Shown here: positions 1 to 8,846 of the stretch, piece after piece | How the letters are laid out: the number at the start of each line of letters is the position of its first letter | How positions within the stretch are numbered: the stretch's first letter is position 1 | Source: Frankiales bacterium | Lineage (GTDB): Bacteria > Actinomycetota > Actinomycetes > Mycobacteriales > SCTD01 | Direction of reading: 5' to 3' | Length of the DNA: 54,300 nt | Assembly: GCA_025965755.1 (NCBI GenBank) | Contig: JAOPWI010000214.1 | Span: forward strand, 1-54,300 | The notes under the pieces: generated by a model | The model's input: only the letters and a program-made list of their open reading frames with translations | The model's database searches: none | Told to the model about the DNA's origin: nothing | Made by a program: the position numbers and the translations under genes

Positions 1-549
1 GGGCGTCGGGCGGGGGCGACCGCGCTGGCCGGCCTGCCGACCGGATGGCGCAACCTGCGCAGCCAGCCGCAGCGGGCGTCGTACGACGGGCTGGTCGTGA
101 CCTATGCGCACGGGCGCGACGGACTGACGGTCACCGTCGACGGCACGCCGCTGGACGGCGTGCGGCTGTGGTCGGCGAGCTCGTCCCTGGTCGACCTGCA
201 GGTGGCCGGCGTCCGCCGCCGCTACGAGGTGTCCGTGGTCGGCGGCACCACCTGGGTCGACTCGCCGCTGGGCAGCAGCGCCATGGTCGAGGACGAGCCG
301 CTCCCCCTGCCCGGGTCGGCGCTGGCGCCCGGCTCGCTCACCGCCCCCATGCCCGGAACGGTCCTGCGGGTCTCTGCCGGAGTGGGCGCGCAGGTGGCCG
401 AAGGCGACGTCCTGCTCGTTCTGGAGGCCATGAAGATGGAGCACGCGGTCCGCGCGCCGGTCGCCGGGACGGTGACGGCGCTCGAGGTTCAGGCCGGCCA
501 GCAGGTCGACGCAGGCGCTGTGCTGGCAGTGGTGGAGAGCGCCGCCTGA
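1..549 (+). CDS. Acyl-CoA (acetyl/propionyl/methylcrotonyl-type) carboxylase alpha subunit, C-terminal biotinyl-attachment domain; 5' end outside window
   Basis: Frame 1 is open from nt 1 (..LPTGWRNLRSQPQRASY..). Biotinyl-lysine motif LEAMKMEH sits near the C-terminus. Stop at 547-549. Confidence 0.85.
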   Translation, partial: GRRAGATALAGLPTGWRNLRSQPQRASYDGLVVTYAHGRDGLTVTVDGTPLDGVRLWSASSSLVDLQVAGVRRRYEVSVVGGTTWVDSPLGSSAMVEDEPLPLPGSALAPGSLTAPMPGTVLRVSAGVGAQVAEGDVLLVLEAMKMEHAVRAPVAGTVTALEVQAGQQVDAGAVLAVVESAA

Positions 550-594
550 CCCGCCGGTACCGTTGGCGGCGATGAGCAGCAAACGGAGCAGCAG

Positions 595-945
595 GTGAGC
601 GGCTGGCGACGGTGCGACCGGTGCCGGAGGGTCCTGTCGGGGGAGGAGTTCGACGGGGACAGCACGACGTGCCGGGACTGCCTGGCCGGTCCCCCGCCGC
701 CCGCCCCCAAGAAGGCCAAGGCCGGCCCGGTGACCCGCAGCAAGGTCGCCGCGGCGCGCGCCGCGGTTCCCCCCGACGAAGCCGGCCCGCGGCGCCCGCT
801 GCTGGGCGTGGCCGGCAGCGGCGACCTCGAGGTGCGCGAGCGCCGAGCCCGCCGCTCCGCGCAGGAGGCGCTGGCCGAGCTGCACCCCGAGGAGTTCGAG
901 CAGCTGCTGCAGGCCGCCCGCAGCACGGAGGGTCTGCGGACCTAG
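595..945 (+). CDS. Hypothetical small protein with an N-terminal CxxC..CxxC zinc-ribbon-like motif
   Basis: GTG start. Motif CDRCRR..(14)..CRDC. Third-position GC is very high (only about 6 A/T-ending codons in 116), consistent with real coding. Confidence 0.55.
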   Translation: MSGWRRCDRCRRVLSGEEFDGDSTTCRDCLAGPPPPAPKKAKAGPVTRSKVAAARAAVPPDEAGPRRPLLGVAGSGDLEVRERRARRSAQEALAELHPEEFEQLLQAARSTEGLRT

Positions 946-952
946 GGGTCCG

Positions 953-1180
953 TCAGTCGCTGTTGCCGGAGGGGCTCGGACGGCCGTTGATCGCGTCCGT
1001 CCCGTCCTCGACCACCAGGGCCACCGCCGCGAGGGCAAGAGCGTGCGCCCGGCCGTGGTGGCCGCAGAACAGCAGGTCTCCGCCGGGCAACACCGCCCGG
1101 ATGAACGCCTGCGCGCCGCAGCGGTCACAGCGATCGTCGTGGGTGAGCACGCGAGTGGGAGCGAAGGCAGGTGCAGTCAT
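953..1180 (-). CDS. Conserved actinobacterial small Cys/His-rich protein (CDRCG...CGHH motif), function unknown
   Basis: 75-aa ORF. The pattern RCDRCGAQAFIRAVLPGGDLLFCGHHGRAH is typical of a small protein family common in Actinobacteria. Confidence 0.65.
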   Translation of the reverse strand: MTAPAFAPTRVLTHDDRCDRCGAQAFIRAVLPGGDLLFCGHHGRAHALALAAVALVVEDGTDAINGRPSPSGNSD

Positions 1181-1280
1181 GGCGGCCGTCCTCGGGTCGG
1201 TGTCCGGCTCCAGCTGTATCGGCAGGCCCGGCCGAACCCGTAGTGGCGGGAACTGGTAATGTTCCGCGCCGTACCACCCA

Positions 1281-1353
1281 GCGCCGCTAGCTCAATTGGC
1301 AGAGCAGCGGACTCTTAATCCGCGGGTTCGGGGTTCGAGTCCCTGGCGGCGCA
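1281..1353 (+). tRNA. tRNA-Lys (anticodon CTT)
   Basis: 73-nt cloverleaf folded by hand. Acceptor GCGCCGC/GCGGCGC, D stem GCTC/GAGC, anticodon stem GCGGA/TCCGC with loop CT-CTT-AA, T arm CGGGG-TTCGAGT-CCCTG, discriminator A. CCA is not encoded. Confidence 0.95.
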
Positions 1354-1865
1354 CCCCGTGTGACCTGGCCCTTCACCTTCCGAGGTGCGGGGCCAGCGTC
1401 GTCTCCGGCGAGATCGTCAGTTCAGACTCAGTTTCAGCCGGAGCTGATCTTCTCTCCGTGGCGGTGCGCCCGGGTGCCCACGGGGCCCCACGATCGCTGG
1501 AGTTGCCTGCTGCGCGACAGTGTCCTTGACTGCTGAGCCTGCGAGCGCAAAGGCTGACGGACGCGCTACCCGGTGACGGCCTCGCCACCTCCGGTGCCGA
1601 CGGCCGCGACCCCGTGGGGTAGTTCCGGCGGCCCAGGCGCGAAGGCCTTGGCTCGCGACGGTCTCGTGGCCCACCGCGCGTCAGGTGCCCTCAGCCATGC
1701 GCTGCGCTACAGCTCCTGGCCGGTGCCACCGGGCGCGAGTCGCACCCTGTCGACCTGTAGCTCAGGGACGCGTCCGGTTCGAGCCCCGTGATCCGCCGGT
1801 CCCTGCCGCAGCCAGCGCCTCGTCGTCCCGCGGGTGGGAGACGGCACCCAACGGGGAGGGCTGAC

Positions 1866-3569
1866 TCACCCGGCGAGCGTCGAGACGCGAGCCGGTGCCG
1901 CCGACCAGAGCGCGCCGCGGGCGTGCGGGGGGACCGCTGGAGACATCGGCGGTACCGCGGCGAGGCGCACGTACTCCTCCCCCTGCGCCGGGCGCACGTC
2001 CTGCTCGCCCTTGTTCGGCCACAGCGCCAGCGCCCGCTCTGCCTGGGCCGTGATGGTGAGCGACGGGTTGACCCCGAGGTTGGCGCTGATGGCCGAGCCG
2101 TCGACGACGGAGATCGACGGGTGTCCCCAGAGCCGCTGGTACGGGTCGACGACCCCGGTCGCCGGCGACTCACTGATCGGGCAGCCGCCGATGAAGTGGG
2201 CGGTCATCGGCACGTTCGCGAGCTCCCCGACCGTGCCGGTCGTGTAGCCGCCCATCTTCTCGGCGAGTCGGGTCGCGACCTCGTCGCCGGCCGGGATCCA
2301 CGTGGGATTCGGCGCGCCATGGCCCTGGCGCGACGTGAGCCGGCCGCGCCGCAGGAACGTGGTCACGGAGTTGTCAAGGGTCTGCATCACGAGCACGACG
2401 ACGGACCGCTCCGACCACCGGTACGGGACCAGGGTGCGCAGGAAGACCAGTGGGTGGCGGAGGGGACCGGCCAGACCGCGCAGCCAACGCGGCAGCCGGC
2501 CGCTGCCGCCGATCATCACCGTGGTGACGAAGGCCATCGCGTTCGAGCCCTTGCCGTACCGGCAGGGCTCCACGTGCGTCACGTCGTCGGGGTGGAAGGA
2601 CGAGGTGATCGCGACCCCTCGGGTGAAGTCGTCCTTCGTCGTCCACTGCGCCGCGACGCGCAGCGACTCGCTGTTGGTGCGGGTGAGGTGGCCGAGCCGC
2701 TCGGACAACCGGGGCAGGGTGCCGGCGTCGCGGTGGGAGTGCAGCAGCGTCTGCGTGCCGAGCGCCCCCGCGGCCAGGACGACGTGGCGGGCGCGGAACA
2801 CGGTCCTGCGGCCGCCGAGGGCCCGCGTCGCGCGGGCGGTGACCCGCACGCCGTCGCCGAGGTCGCGCAGCTCGGTCACGGTGGTGTCGGGGACGATCCG
2901 TGCGCCGAGGCCCTCGGCCAGGTGCAGGTAGTTCTTCACGAGCGTGTTCTTGGCACCGACACGGCACCCCGTCATGCAGGAGCCGCACTCCGTGCAGCCG
3001 GTGCGCTCGGGGCCTGCCCCGCCGAAGTAGGGGTCGGCGACCTTCGTGCCCGGCTGCTTCTGCCCGTCACCGAAGAAGACGCCAACGGGGGTGAGGCGGA
3101 AGCTGCGCCCGACACCCATGTCGTTCGCGACGTCGCGCATCAGCTCGTCGCTGCGGGTCACCGTCGTGTTGTCCGTGACCCCGAGCATGCGGCTCGCCTG
3201 CTCGTACCAGGGCGACAGCTCGGCGTCCCAGTCGGTGATGTGCGACCACTGCGGGTCGCGGAAGAACGGCGACGGCGGCTTGTAGAGCGTGTTCGCGTAG
3301 TTCAACGACCCGCCACCGACTCCGGCGCCCGCGAGCACCAGCACCTGGCCGACCTTGACGATGCGCTGGATGCCGTGGAGCCCGAGCCGGGGTGCCCACA
3401 CGAACCTGCGGATCGACCAGGACGTCGTGGGAAGCTCGTCGTCGGCCCACCGGCGCCCGGCCTCCAGCACGACGACCGAGTAGCCCTTCTCGGCGAGGCG
3501 CAGCGCGGCGACGCTCCCGCCGAAGCCGGATCCCACGACCACGACGTCGACGTCCTCAGTGCTGGGCAT
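1866..3569 (-). CDS. FAD-dependent GMC-family oxidoreductase (cholesterol-oxidase / long-chain alcohol oxidase-like)
   Basis: N-terminal DVVVVGSGFGGSVAALRLAEKGYSVVVLEAG Rossmann motif. 567 aa. GAAGGAG Shine-Dalgarno sequence upstream of the ATG. Last gene of the alkB operon. Confidence 0.85.
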   Translation of the reverse strand: MPSTEDVDVVVVGSGFGGSVAALRLAEKGYSVVVLEAGRRWADDELPTTSWSIRRFVWAPRLGLHGIQRIVKVGQVLVLAGAGVGGGSLNYANTLYKPPSPFFRDPQWSHITDWDAELSPWYEQASRMLGVTDNTTVTRSDELMRDVANDMGVGRSFRLTPVGVFFGDGQKQPGTKVADPYFGGAGPERTGCTECGSCMTGCRVGAKNTLVKNYLHLAEGLGARIVPDTTVTELRDLGDGVRVTARATRALGGRRTVFRARHVVLAAGALGTQTLLHSHRDAGTLPRLSERLGHLTRTNSESLRVAAQWTTKDDFTRGVAITSSFHPDDVTHVEPCRYGKGSNAMAFVTTVMIGGSGRLPRWLRGLAGPLRHPLVFLRTLVPYRWSERSVVVLVMQTLDNSVTTFLRRGRLTSRQGHGAPNPTWIPAGDEVATRLAEKMGGYTTGTVGELANVPMTAHFIGGCPISESPATGVVDPYQRLWGHPSISVVDGSAISANLGVNPSLTITAQAERALALWPNKGEQDVRPAQGEEYVRLAAVPPMSPAVPPHARGALWSAAPARVSTLAG

Positions 3570-3654
3570 GCGTGCTTCTCCTTCGTTCGACGTGCGGTGA
3601 CGGCTGGGTGAGGGCGGGCGCCACCCGTCGGCGGCCAGGAGGCGGAGGAACGGG

Positions 3655-4875
3655 TCAGCGGGTGACAGCGAGGACGTCCAGCTCGCGCGCGAACGTCACC
3701 GCCTCGTCCCAGTCGCCCGCATCGGCGATGCGGCGGCGCAGCTTCATCACCACGCGCTGCCGGTCGACCGTCAAGGCTCCGACGACACGGTTGCCGCGGC
3801 GGTACAGCGCGATGGCACCCGGTCCCGGCGGCCCCACGAGCAGCACCTCGTCCGCGCCGGGCGTGCCCACGAACTGCACGCGGTGGCCGTACCAGTCGGA
3901 CCAGAAGTAGGGGACGCTGTCGAGCAGCTCAGGTTCCTGGCGGGACACCGCGTTGCGACCCGCCAGCGAGCCCTGCTCCGCGGCGTTGGTCCAGTGCTCG
4001 AGCCTCATCAGCTCGCCGTCGAACAGCGCCTGCGGGGCGTGCGCCACGTCCCCAGCGGCCCAGATGCCGGGGACCGAGGTCGCGAGGGACGCGTCGCACA
4101 CGATGCCTCCGTCGCGGTGCAGGTCGACGGCCGCGCCCAGCCACCCGGTGGCAGGGGTGACCCCCAGCCCCGCGACGACGAGGTCGGCCTCGACCACCGA
4201 CCCGTCCGCGAGGCGCACGCCGGTCACCTGGCCGTTCGCGTGCAGCACCTGTTCGACGCCGACGCCGAGCCGCACCGCGGTGCCGGCCTCACGGTGCAGG
4301 TCGGTGAGCATCTCGCCCACGGCAGGTCCGACCGAGCGCGACAGCGGCGTGGGCATGGCCTCGATCAGGGTGACCGACAGGCCGCGCTTGTGCGCCGCGG
4401 ACGCGACCTCGGAGCCGATGAAGCCGGCACCGATGATGATCACTCTGGCGCCCGCGTCCATGGCAGTGCGTACGTCCCGGGCGTCGTCCAGGGTGCGCAG
4501 CGTGCTCACGCCGCGCAGCCCCTCGGTGCCGGGGAGCTGCCGTGGTGTCGCGCCGGTCGCGATGACGAGGGCGTCGTAGCGGATTCGCGTCCGGTCCGTG
4601 ACGACGTCGCGGGCCGCCAGGTCGAGGCCCTGGGCTCGTTCGCCGAGGTGGAGGTCGACCCCGAGGTCGTCGCGCAGCTCGCGGTCGCTGATGAGCGTCA
4701 CCATCTCCGCGTTCTGCTCGGTCAGGTAGGCCTTGGCCAGCGAGGTCCGGTCGTACGGCGCCCACAGCTCCTCCCCGACCAGGCTGATCTCGCCTTGGTA
4801 GCCGGCCGACCTGGCCCCCTCGACGGCCCGCAGCCCCGCCAGGGAGGCGCCGACCACCACAAGCCGGTGGGGCAT
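3655..4875 (-). CDS. NAD(P)H-dependent ferredoxin/rubredoxin reductase (FAD pyridine-nucleotide-disulfide oxidoreductase family)
   Basis: Two dinucleotide folds (VVVGASLAG, IIIGAGFIGSEVA). 406 aa. One-nt spacing to the upstream ferredoxin gene. Confidence 0.85.
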   Translation of the reverse strand: MPHRLVVVGASLAGLRAVEGARSAGYQGEISLVGEELWAPYDRTSLAKAYLTEQNAEMVTLISDRELRDDLGVDLHLGERAQGLDLAARDVVTDRTRIRYDALVIATGATPRQLPGTEGLRGVSTLRTLDDARDVRTAMDAGARVIIIGAGFIGSEVASAAHKRGLSVTLIEAMPTPLSRSVGPAVGEMLTDLHREAGTAVRLGVGVEQVLHANGQVTGVRLADGSVVEADLVVAGLGVTPATGWLGAAVDLHRDGGIVCDASLATSVPGIWAAGDVAHAPQALFDGELMRLEHWTNAAEQGSLAGRNAVSRQEPELLDSVPYFWSDWYGHRVQFVGTPGADEVLLVGPPGPGAIALYRRGNRVVGALTVDRQRVVMKLRRRIADAGDWDEAVTFARELDVLAVTR

Positions 4876-4876
4876 C

Positions 4877-5068
4877 TCACCCCGCCAGGCGCAGGGCGCT
4901 CACGGGGCAGGCCGCGACTGCTGCCATCACGTGCTTGCGGTGCTCCTCGGCGGGCGCGGCGTCGAGGACGTCGACGTAGCCGTCCTCGCCGACCTCGAAG
5001 AAGTCCGGCGCCATGGCCTCGCACATCCCGAGGCCCTGGCAGGTATCCACGTCAGCGGCGATCTTCAC
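4877..5068 (-). CDS. Small 3Fe-4S-type ferredoxin
   Basis: 63 aa with the Cys pattern C-x5-C ... CP (CQGLGMC ... ACPVSA), typical of actinobacterial P450-partner ferredoxins. Confidence 0.8.
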   Translation of the reverse strand: MKIAADVDTCQGLGMCEAMAPDFFEVGEDGYVDVLDAAPAEEHRKHVMAAVAACPVSALRLAG

Positions 5069-5069
5069 G

Positions 5070-6485
5070 TCAGGCCTCGACTCGCTCGAGCGGGCGAAAG
5101 TCGATCTTGTCCCGGACGCCGCAGTCAGGGCAGGTCCAGTCGTCGGGGATGTCGGTCCACGCCGTGCCGGCGGGAAAGCCCTCGAGCTCGTTGCCCGCCT
5201 CGACGCGGTACGTGTAGGAGCAGCCCGGGCAGCGCGCGGCGAGGACGTCGGCAGGCGGGGCCTCGACGAGGTCGACCGGCAGGTCCGCGGTCACGAGCGG
5301 CTCGGCCGGCAGGGGGTACTTCTTCAGGAGCTTGTCCAGCTTGCCCGGCTGCACGTTCGCCCGCCGCAGGTCACCGCTGTAGTGCTCGACAACGCGCTGG
5401 TCCATGAGCTTGCGGAACACGGGTGGGATGCACGCCACCACCATCATCCCGGTGTAGCCGGTGGGCAGGACGGGGGCCTCGGTGAAGTCGCGCAGGGTCT
5501 GAAAGCGCCGCGTGGGATTGGCGTGGTGGTCGCTGTGGCGCTGCAGGTGGTAGAGCAGCACGTTGGTCGCGATGTTGTTCGAGTTCCACGAGTGCTCGGG
5601 CAGGACGCGCTCGAAGCGGACGCGGTCGCCGCTGCCGACCTTCTGGCGCAGCAGGCCGTAGTGCTCCATGTAGTTGACCAGCTCGAGCAGGGTGAAGCCG
5701 AAGACCGCCTGGACGATCAGGTACGGGGCGATACCGAGGCCGAGCCACACGAGCAGCGCACCCCAGAGCACGACGGTCATCAGCCAGGCGTTGAGGACGT
5801 CGTTGTTGATCTTGAAGGGGTGGCTCTGCTTGCGGGCGAAGCGCTTGGCCTCGACCTCCCAGGCGCTGGTCAGCGAGCCGAGCACGGTGCGCGGCCAGAA
5901 GCGGTAGAAGGACTCGCCCATCCGTGCGGAGGCGGGGTCGTCGGGGGTCGCCACCCGGACGTGGTGGCCCCGGTTGTGCTCGATGTAGAAGTGGCCGTAG
6001 AAGCACTGCGCCAGGGCGATCTTGCCGAGCCAGCGCTCGAGCTCGTCCTTCTTGTGCCCGAGCTCGTGCGCCGTGTTGATGGCGACGCCGGAGACCGTCC
6101 CGAGGGTGAGCGAGAGGCCGATGTTTCCCCAGACGCCGTAGCCGGCAGTGGCGATCGCGTACATGGCCACCACGAACCCGACGTACTGCAGGGGCAGGTA
6201 GAGGTAGGTGACCCAGCGGTAGTAGCGGTCCGCCTCGAGCTGCTCCATCACCTCCTCCGGGGGGTTCGTCGGGTCGTGGCCGGCGAACAGGTCGATCACC
6301 GGCACGATGACGAGCAGCACGACCGGGCCGAGCCACAGGACGGCGGCGAGGTCCACCACGGTGTGCAGGGCGACGGCGAGCAGCGGCAGCACGGGGACGA
6401 CGAGACCGAGCATCCAGGCGCGGCGCTTGCCGTCCTGCCAGGTGCTGCGGCCGTCTACCGGCGTCGGCAGGGCGTAGGTCTTCAT
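5070..6485 (-). CDS. alkB: Alkane 1-monooxygenase (integral-membrane di-iron hydroxylase) fused to a C-terminal rubredoxin domain
   Basis: His boxes HELGHK, EHNRGHH and LQRHSDHH. C-terminal rubredoxin CPGC..(x28)..CPDC. Start moved to the MKTYALP ATG at 6485, which is preceded by GAAGGAG; the track ORF begins 19 codons earlier. Confidence 0.9.
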   Translation of the reverse strand: MKTYALPTPVDGRSTWQDGKRRAWMLGLVVPVLPLLAVALHTVVDLAAVLWLGPVVLLVIVPVIDLFAGHDPTNPPEEVMEQLEADRYYRWVTYLYLPLQYVGFVVAMYAIATAGYGVWGNIGLSLTLGTVSGVAINTAHELGHKKDELERWLGKIALAQCFYGHFYIEHNRGHHVRVATPDDPASARMGESFYRFWPRTVLGSLTSAWEVEAKRFARKQSHPFKINNDVLNAWLMTVVLWGALLVWLGLGIAPYLIVQAVFGFTLLELVNYMEHYGLLRQKVGSGDRVRFERVLPEHSWNSNNIATNVLLYHLQRHSDHHANPTRRFQTLRDFTEAPVLPTGYTGMMVVACIPPVFRKLMDQRVVEHYSGDLRRANVQPGKLDKLLKKYPLPAEPLVTADLPVDLVEAPPADVLAARCPGCSYTYRVEAGNELEGFPAGTAWTDIPDDWTCPDCGVRDKIDFRPLERVEA

Positions 6486-6570
6486 CAGAGGCTCCTTCTG
6501 TGGCGTCCCGCACACGCTAGGGACCGCGCAGCACGAAATCATCGGCTCCTCAGCCCATACCTGCGCGATG

Positions 6571-6593
6571 GCGTTGTGCGCTGCGCACGACGC
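6571..6593. promoter_or_regulatory. Imperfect 11-1-11 palindrome in the alkB / pucR-like divergent intergenic region (candidate operator)
   Basis: GCGTTGTGCGC-T-GCGCACGACGC, with one mismatch between arms. It lies 18 nt upstream of the regulator start and 86 nt upstream of the alkB start. Confidence 0.3.
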
Positions 6594-6610
6594 AGCGCTA
6601 CCGTGCGCGC

Positions 6611-7831
6611 GTGGCCTCTGCCCAGACCCTCGCCCTGCTGGCGACGACGGCCGGCACGGCGCTCGCGCGCTTCGACGAGCTCGTCGTCCTCGTCGTCGCC
6701 GACATCGAGCGGCAGCTGCCGGAACTGGCCTCCGACGCAGGTCTGCGCGAGTCCCTCGCGGTCACGATCTCCGAGAACCTCGGCGCCGCGCTGCGGCTGC
6801 TCGCCGATCCCGACGTCGGGCCGCCGCCTGCCCCGCGCCCGTCCCTGGACCACGCCCGGCGGATCGCCCAGCGCGGGCTGCCGCTGTCGGCCCTGCTGCG
6901 GGCCTACCGGCTCGGGCAGGCCGTCTTCCAGCAGTACGTCATCGCCGAGGTCGCGGGCGCCTCGTCCGACGCGGCCGTCGTGGCCGAGGGGGCGCAGCTC
7001 GTGTCGAGCGTGTCCTTCAGCTACGTCGACCGCATCTCGGGCGAGGTCGTCCAGGCCTACCAGACCGAGCGCGACTACTGGCAGCACCAGCGGATCGCCG
7101 CCCGCTCCGCCCAGGTGGACTCGGTCCTGTCGGGGCGCACCACAGAGCTGGGCGGGGTCGAGCGCGCCCTCGGCTACGCGGTCGACCAGCAGCACCTCGC
7201 GGCCGTCCTCTGGACCGACGCCACCGACGACGCGCTGCCGTCGCTCGAGCGGGCAGCCGGTGCGTTGGCCACCTCCGCCCGCTGCACGGGGCACCCCCTC
7301 GTGGTCGCTCGCGACGTGAGCACGGTGTGGGCCTGGCTGCCCTCGCCCCTCACGCCGCCGGACGTCGTGCTGGGCCCGGGTATCCGCGCCGCGCTGGGAA
7401 CCGAGCGCTCAGGGCTGTCCGGGTTCCGGGCCAGCCACGTGGAGGCCCTGGAGACCCAGCGCGTCGTGACGACGGCCGCGCCGTCGCGACGCCTGTCGAC
7501 GACGTCGGCGTCCTCCGTCGGCCCGCTGCGGCTGCTCTGCGACGACGTGGACCGTCTGCGGTCGTGGGTCCTCGGTGTGCTCGGGGCGCTCGCGCTGGAC
7601 GACGCTGGCACCGACGCGCTGCGGGAGACGGTCGCGGTGTTCCTCGCGTCGGGGCGCAGCTACGTGCACACCGGCAAGCAGATGAGCCTGCACCGCAACT
7701 CCGTGCAGTACCGCGTCAAGAAGGCTTGCGACGTGCTCGGCGAGCAGGCCCTGGAACGCCCCCTGGACCTGCAGCTCGCGCTGCTCGCCTGCCGGGTGCT
7801 GGGCGCTCCCGTGCTCACGCCGAAGGGCTAG
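6611..7831 (+). CDS. PucR/CdaR-family transcriptional regulator
   Basis: 406 aa. C-terminal HTH GRSYVHTGKQMSLHRNSVQYRVKKACDVLG is typical of the PucR C-terminal domain. Divergent from alkB. Confidence 0.75.
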   Translation: MASAQTLALLATTAGTALARFDELVVLVVADIERQLPELASDAGLRESLAVTISENLGAALRLLADPDVGPPPAPRPSLDHARRIAQRGLPLSALLRAYRLGQAVFQQYVIAEVAGASSDAAVVAEGAQLVSSVSFSYVDRISGEVVQAYQTERDYWQHQRIAARSAQVDSVLSGRTTELGGVERALGYAVDQQHLAAVLWTDATDDALPSLERAAGALATSARCTGHPLVVARDVSTVWAWLPSPLTPPDVVLGPGIRAALGTERSGLSGFRASHVEALETQRVVTTAAPSRRLSTTSASSVGPLRLLCDDVDRLRSWVLGVLGALALDDAGTDALRETVAVFLASGRSYVHTGKQMSLHRNSVQYRVKKACDVLGEQALERPLDLQLALLACRVLGAPVLTPKG

Positions 7832-7860
7832 CAGCCGACGGCGACGGGGCCGGCACCCGG

Positions 7861-8265
7861 TCAGCCCCGCCGGTCGCGCAGACCCGCAGCTGCTCGCCCC
7901 GCCAGCGCGCCGACGACGACGGCGAAGACGGCGCTGACAGCGAAGGCGTACGGGGACTGCTCCGAGCGGCTGAGCAGTCGCAGGGGCAGGGTGAGGGTGA
8001 GCGCGGCCAGGGCGGCCACCGCTCCCTGCACGAGGGCGCGCCGTGCCAGACCGACCCGTCGCCCGGCGACGACGAAGCCGGCGGCGCCCACCAGCGAGAG
8101 CCACAGCCCAGCAAGCAGCTCGCTGACCGCGCCCGCCAGGGGCGAGAGGAGCTCCCCCAGGAGCAGGACGGTGAACCCGCTGGACGCGCCCTTGGCCAGC
8201 GCACCGATGTCGATCTCCGGGGCGCTCCGGCCGGCGGGTGCGGGTCCCGTGCGCTGCGGCGGCAT
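7861..8265 (-). CDS. Hypothetical integral membrane protein (about 4 TM)
   Basis: Hydrophobic segments run from IDIGALAKGASSGFTVLLLGELL onward. Start set at the internal ATG (MPPQRT); the upstream part of the track ORF is Arg/Ser-rich and non-protein-like. Confidence 0.5.
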   Translation of the reverse strand: MPPQRTGPAPAGRSAPEIDIGALAKGASSGFTVLLLGELLSPLAGAVSELLAGLWLSLVGAAGFVVAGRRVGLARRALVQGAVAALAALTLTLPLRLLSRSEQSPYAFAVSAVFAVVVGALAGRAAAGLRDRRG

Positions 8266-8341
8266 GCCCGGCAGGGCGGGTCGCGGACCGCGGCGGCGAC
8301 GACGCTCTCGTCGGCTGGTCACCGGCGATCGCTGGACTGCG

Positions 8342-8840
8342 TCAGGACACCCACGGCAGGACGTCCTCGACCGCCCCGTCCGGGCGCTGCTGCCGCCGGA
8401 CGCGCACGTCCTGCACGACGACACGACCGTCGGCGACCAACGCCACGCTGTCCGCTCTGACGGCCCAGTCGTCCACGGCGCAGCCAGCAATCACGGCCGC
8501 CTCGACGTGGTCCGCCTGCGCGAGCAACGCGGACAGCAGCGGCTGCAGCGTGGCGTCGAGGTGGGCGGGAGCGGCGGCGGCAGTGTCGAGCACGGTCTGG
8601 TCGAGGAACACCCCGTCGCCCTGCGGTACCCACCCGATCAGCGCCGGCAGCGCCTTGCGGTCGATGACCCGGTCGTACAGTCTGACCACGCTCGTGCGGT
8701 CCAGCCCCAGCAGCCTGCGGAGCACAGCGGTCTTCCCGGCACCGGATGCGCCGCGGAGCGCCGCGGAGCGCCACACCTGCGCCGAAGGGGACGACCAGCG
8801 TGCCCACGTCCGGCGAGTCGAGACGCAGGAAGGGAGTCAC
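8342..8840 (-). pseudogene. Decayed ABC-transporter ATP-binding protein, with a frameshift in Walker A and an apparent internal deletion
   Basis: The N-terminus VTPFLRLDSPDVGTLVVPFGAGVALRG is in one frame and ASGAGKTAVLRRLLGL..IGWVPQ (Walker A, Q-loop) in another. A perfect 10-bp tandem duplication at 8749-8768 separates them. No LSGGQ or Walker B region is recognisable. Confidence 0.6.
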
Positions 8841-8846
8841 CGGTCG

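Noticed and set aside
1757-1790. Possible second tRNA
   Set aside because: It has a D-arm-like GTAGCTCAGGGA and a T-loop-like GGTTCGAGCCC. No anticodon arm, acceptor pairing or proper T stem could be drawn. At best it is a fragment.
1788-3611. 607-aa plus-strand ORF
   Set aside because: It is antisense to the well-supported GMC oxidoreductase gene. The translation is Arg/Gly/Pro/Ala-rich with no recognisable motif, a typical high-GC shadow ORF. The same reasoning applies to 5013-7319(+), 6568-8460(+), 33983-35647(+), 36..39 kb plus-strand ORFs, 42259-44445(-), 47849-49354(-), 48355-49398(+, except its last 53 codons), 50440-51978(+) and 52149-53975(+).
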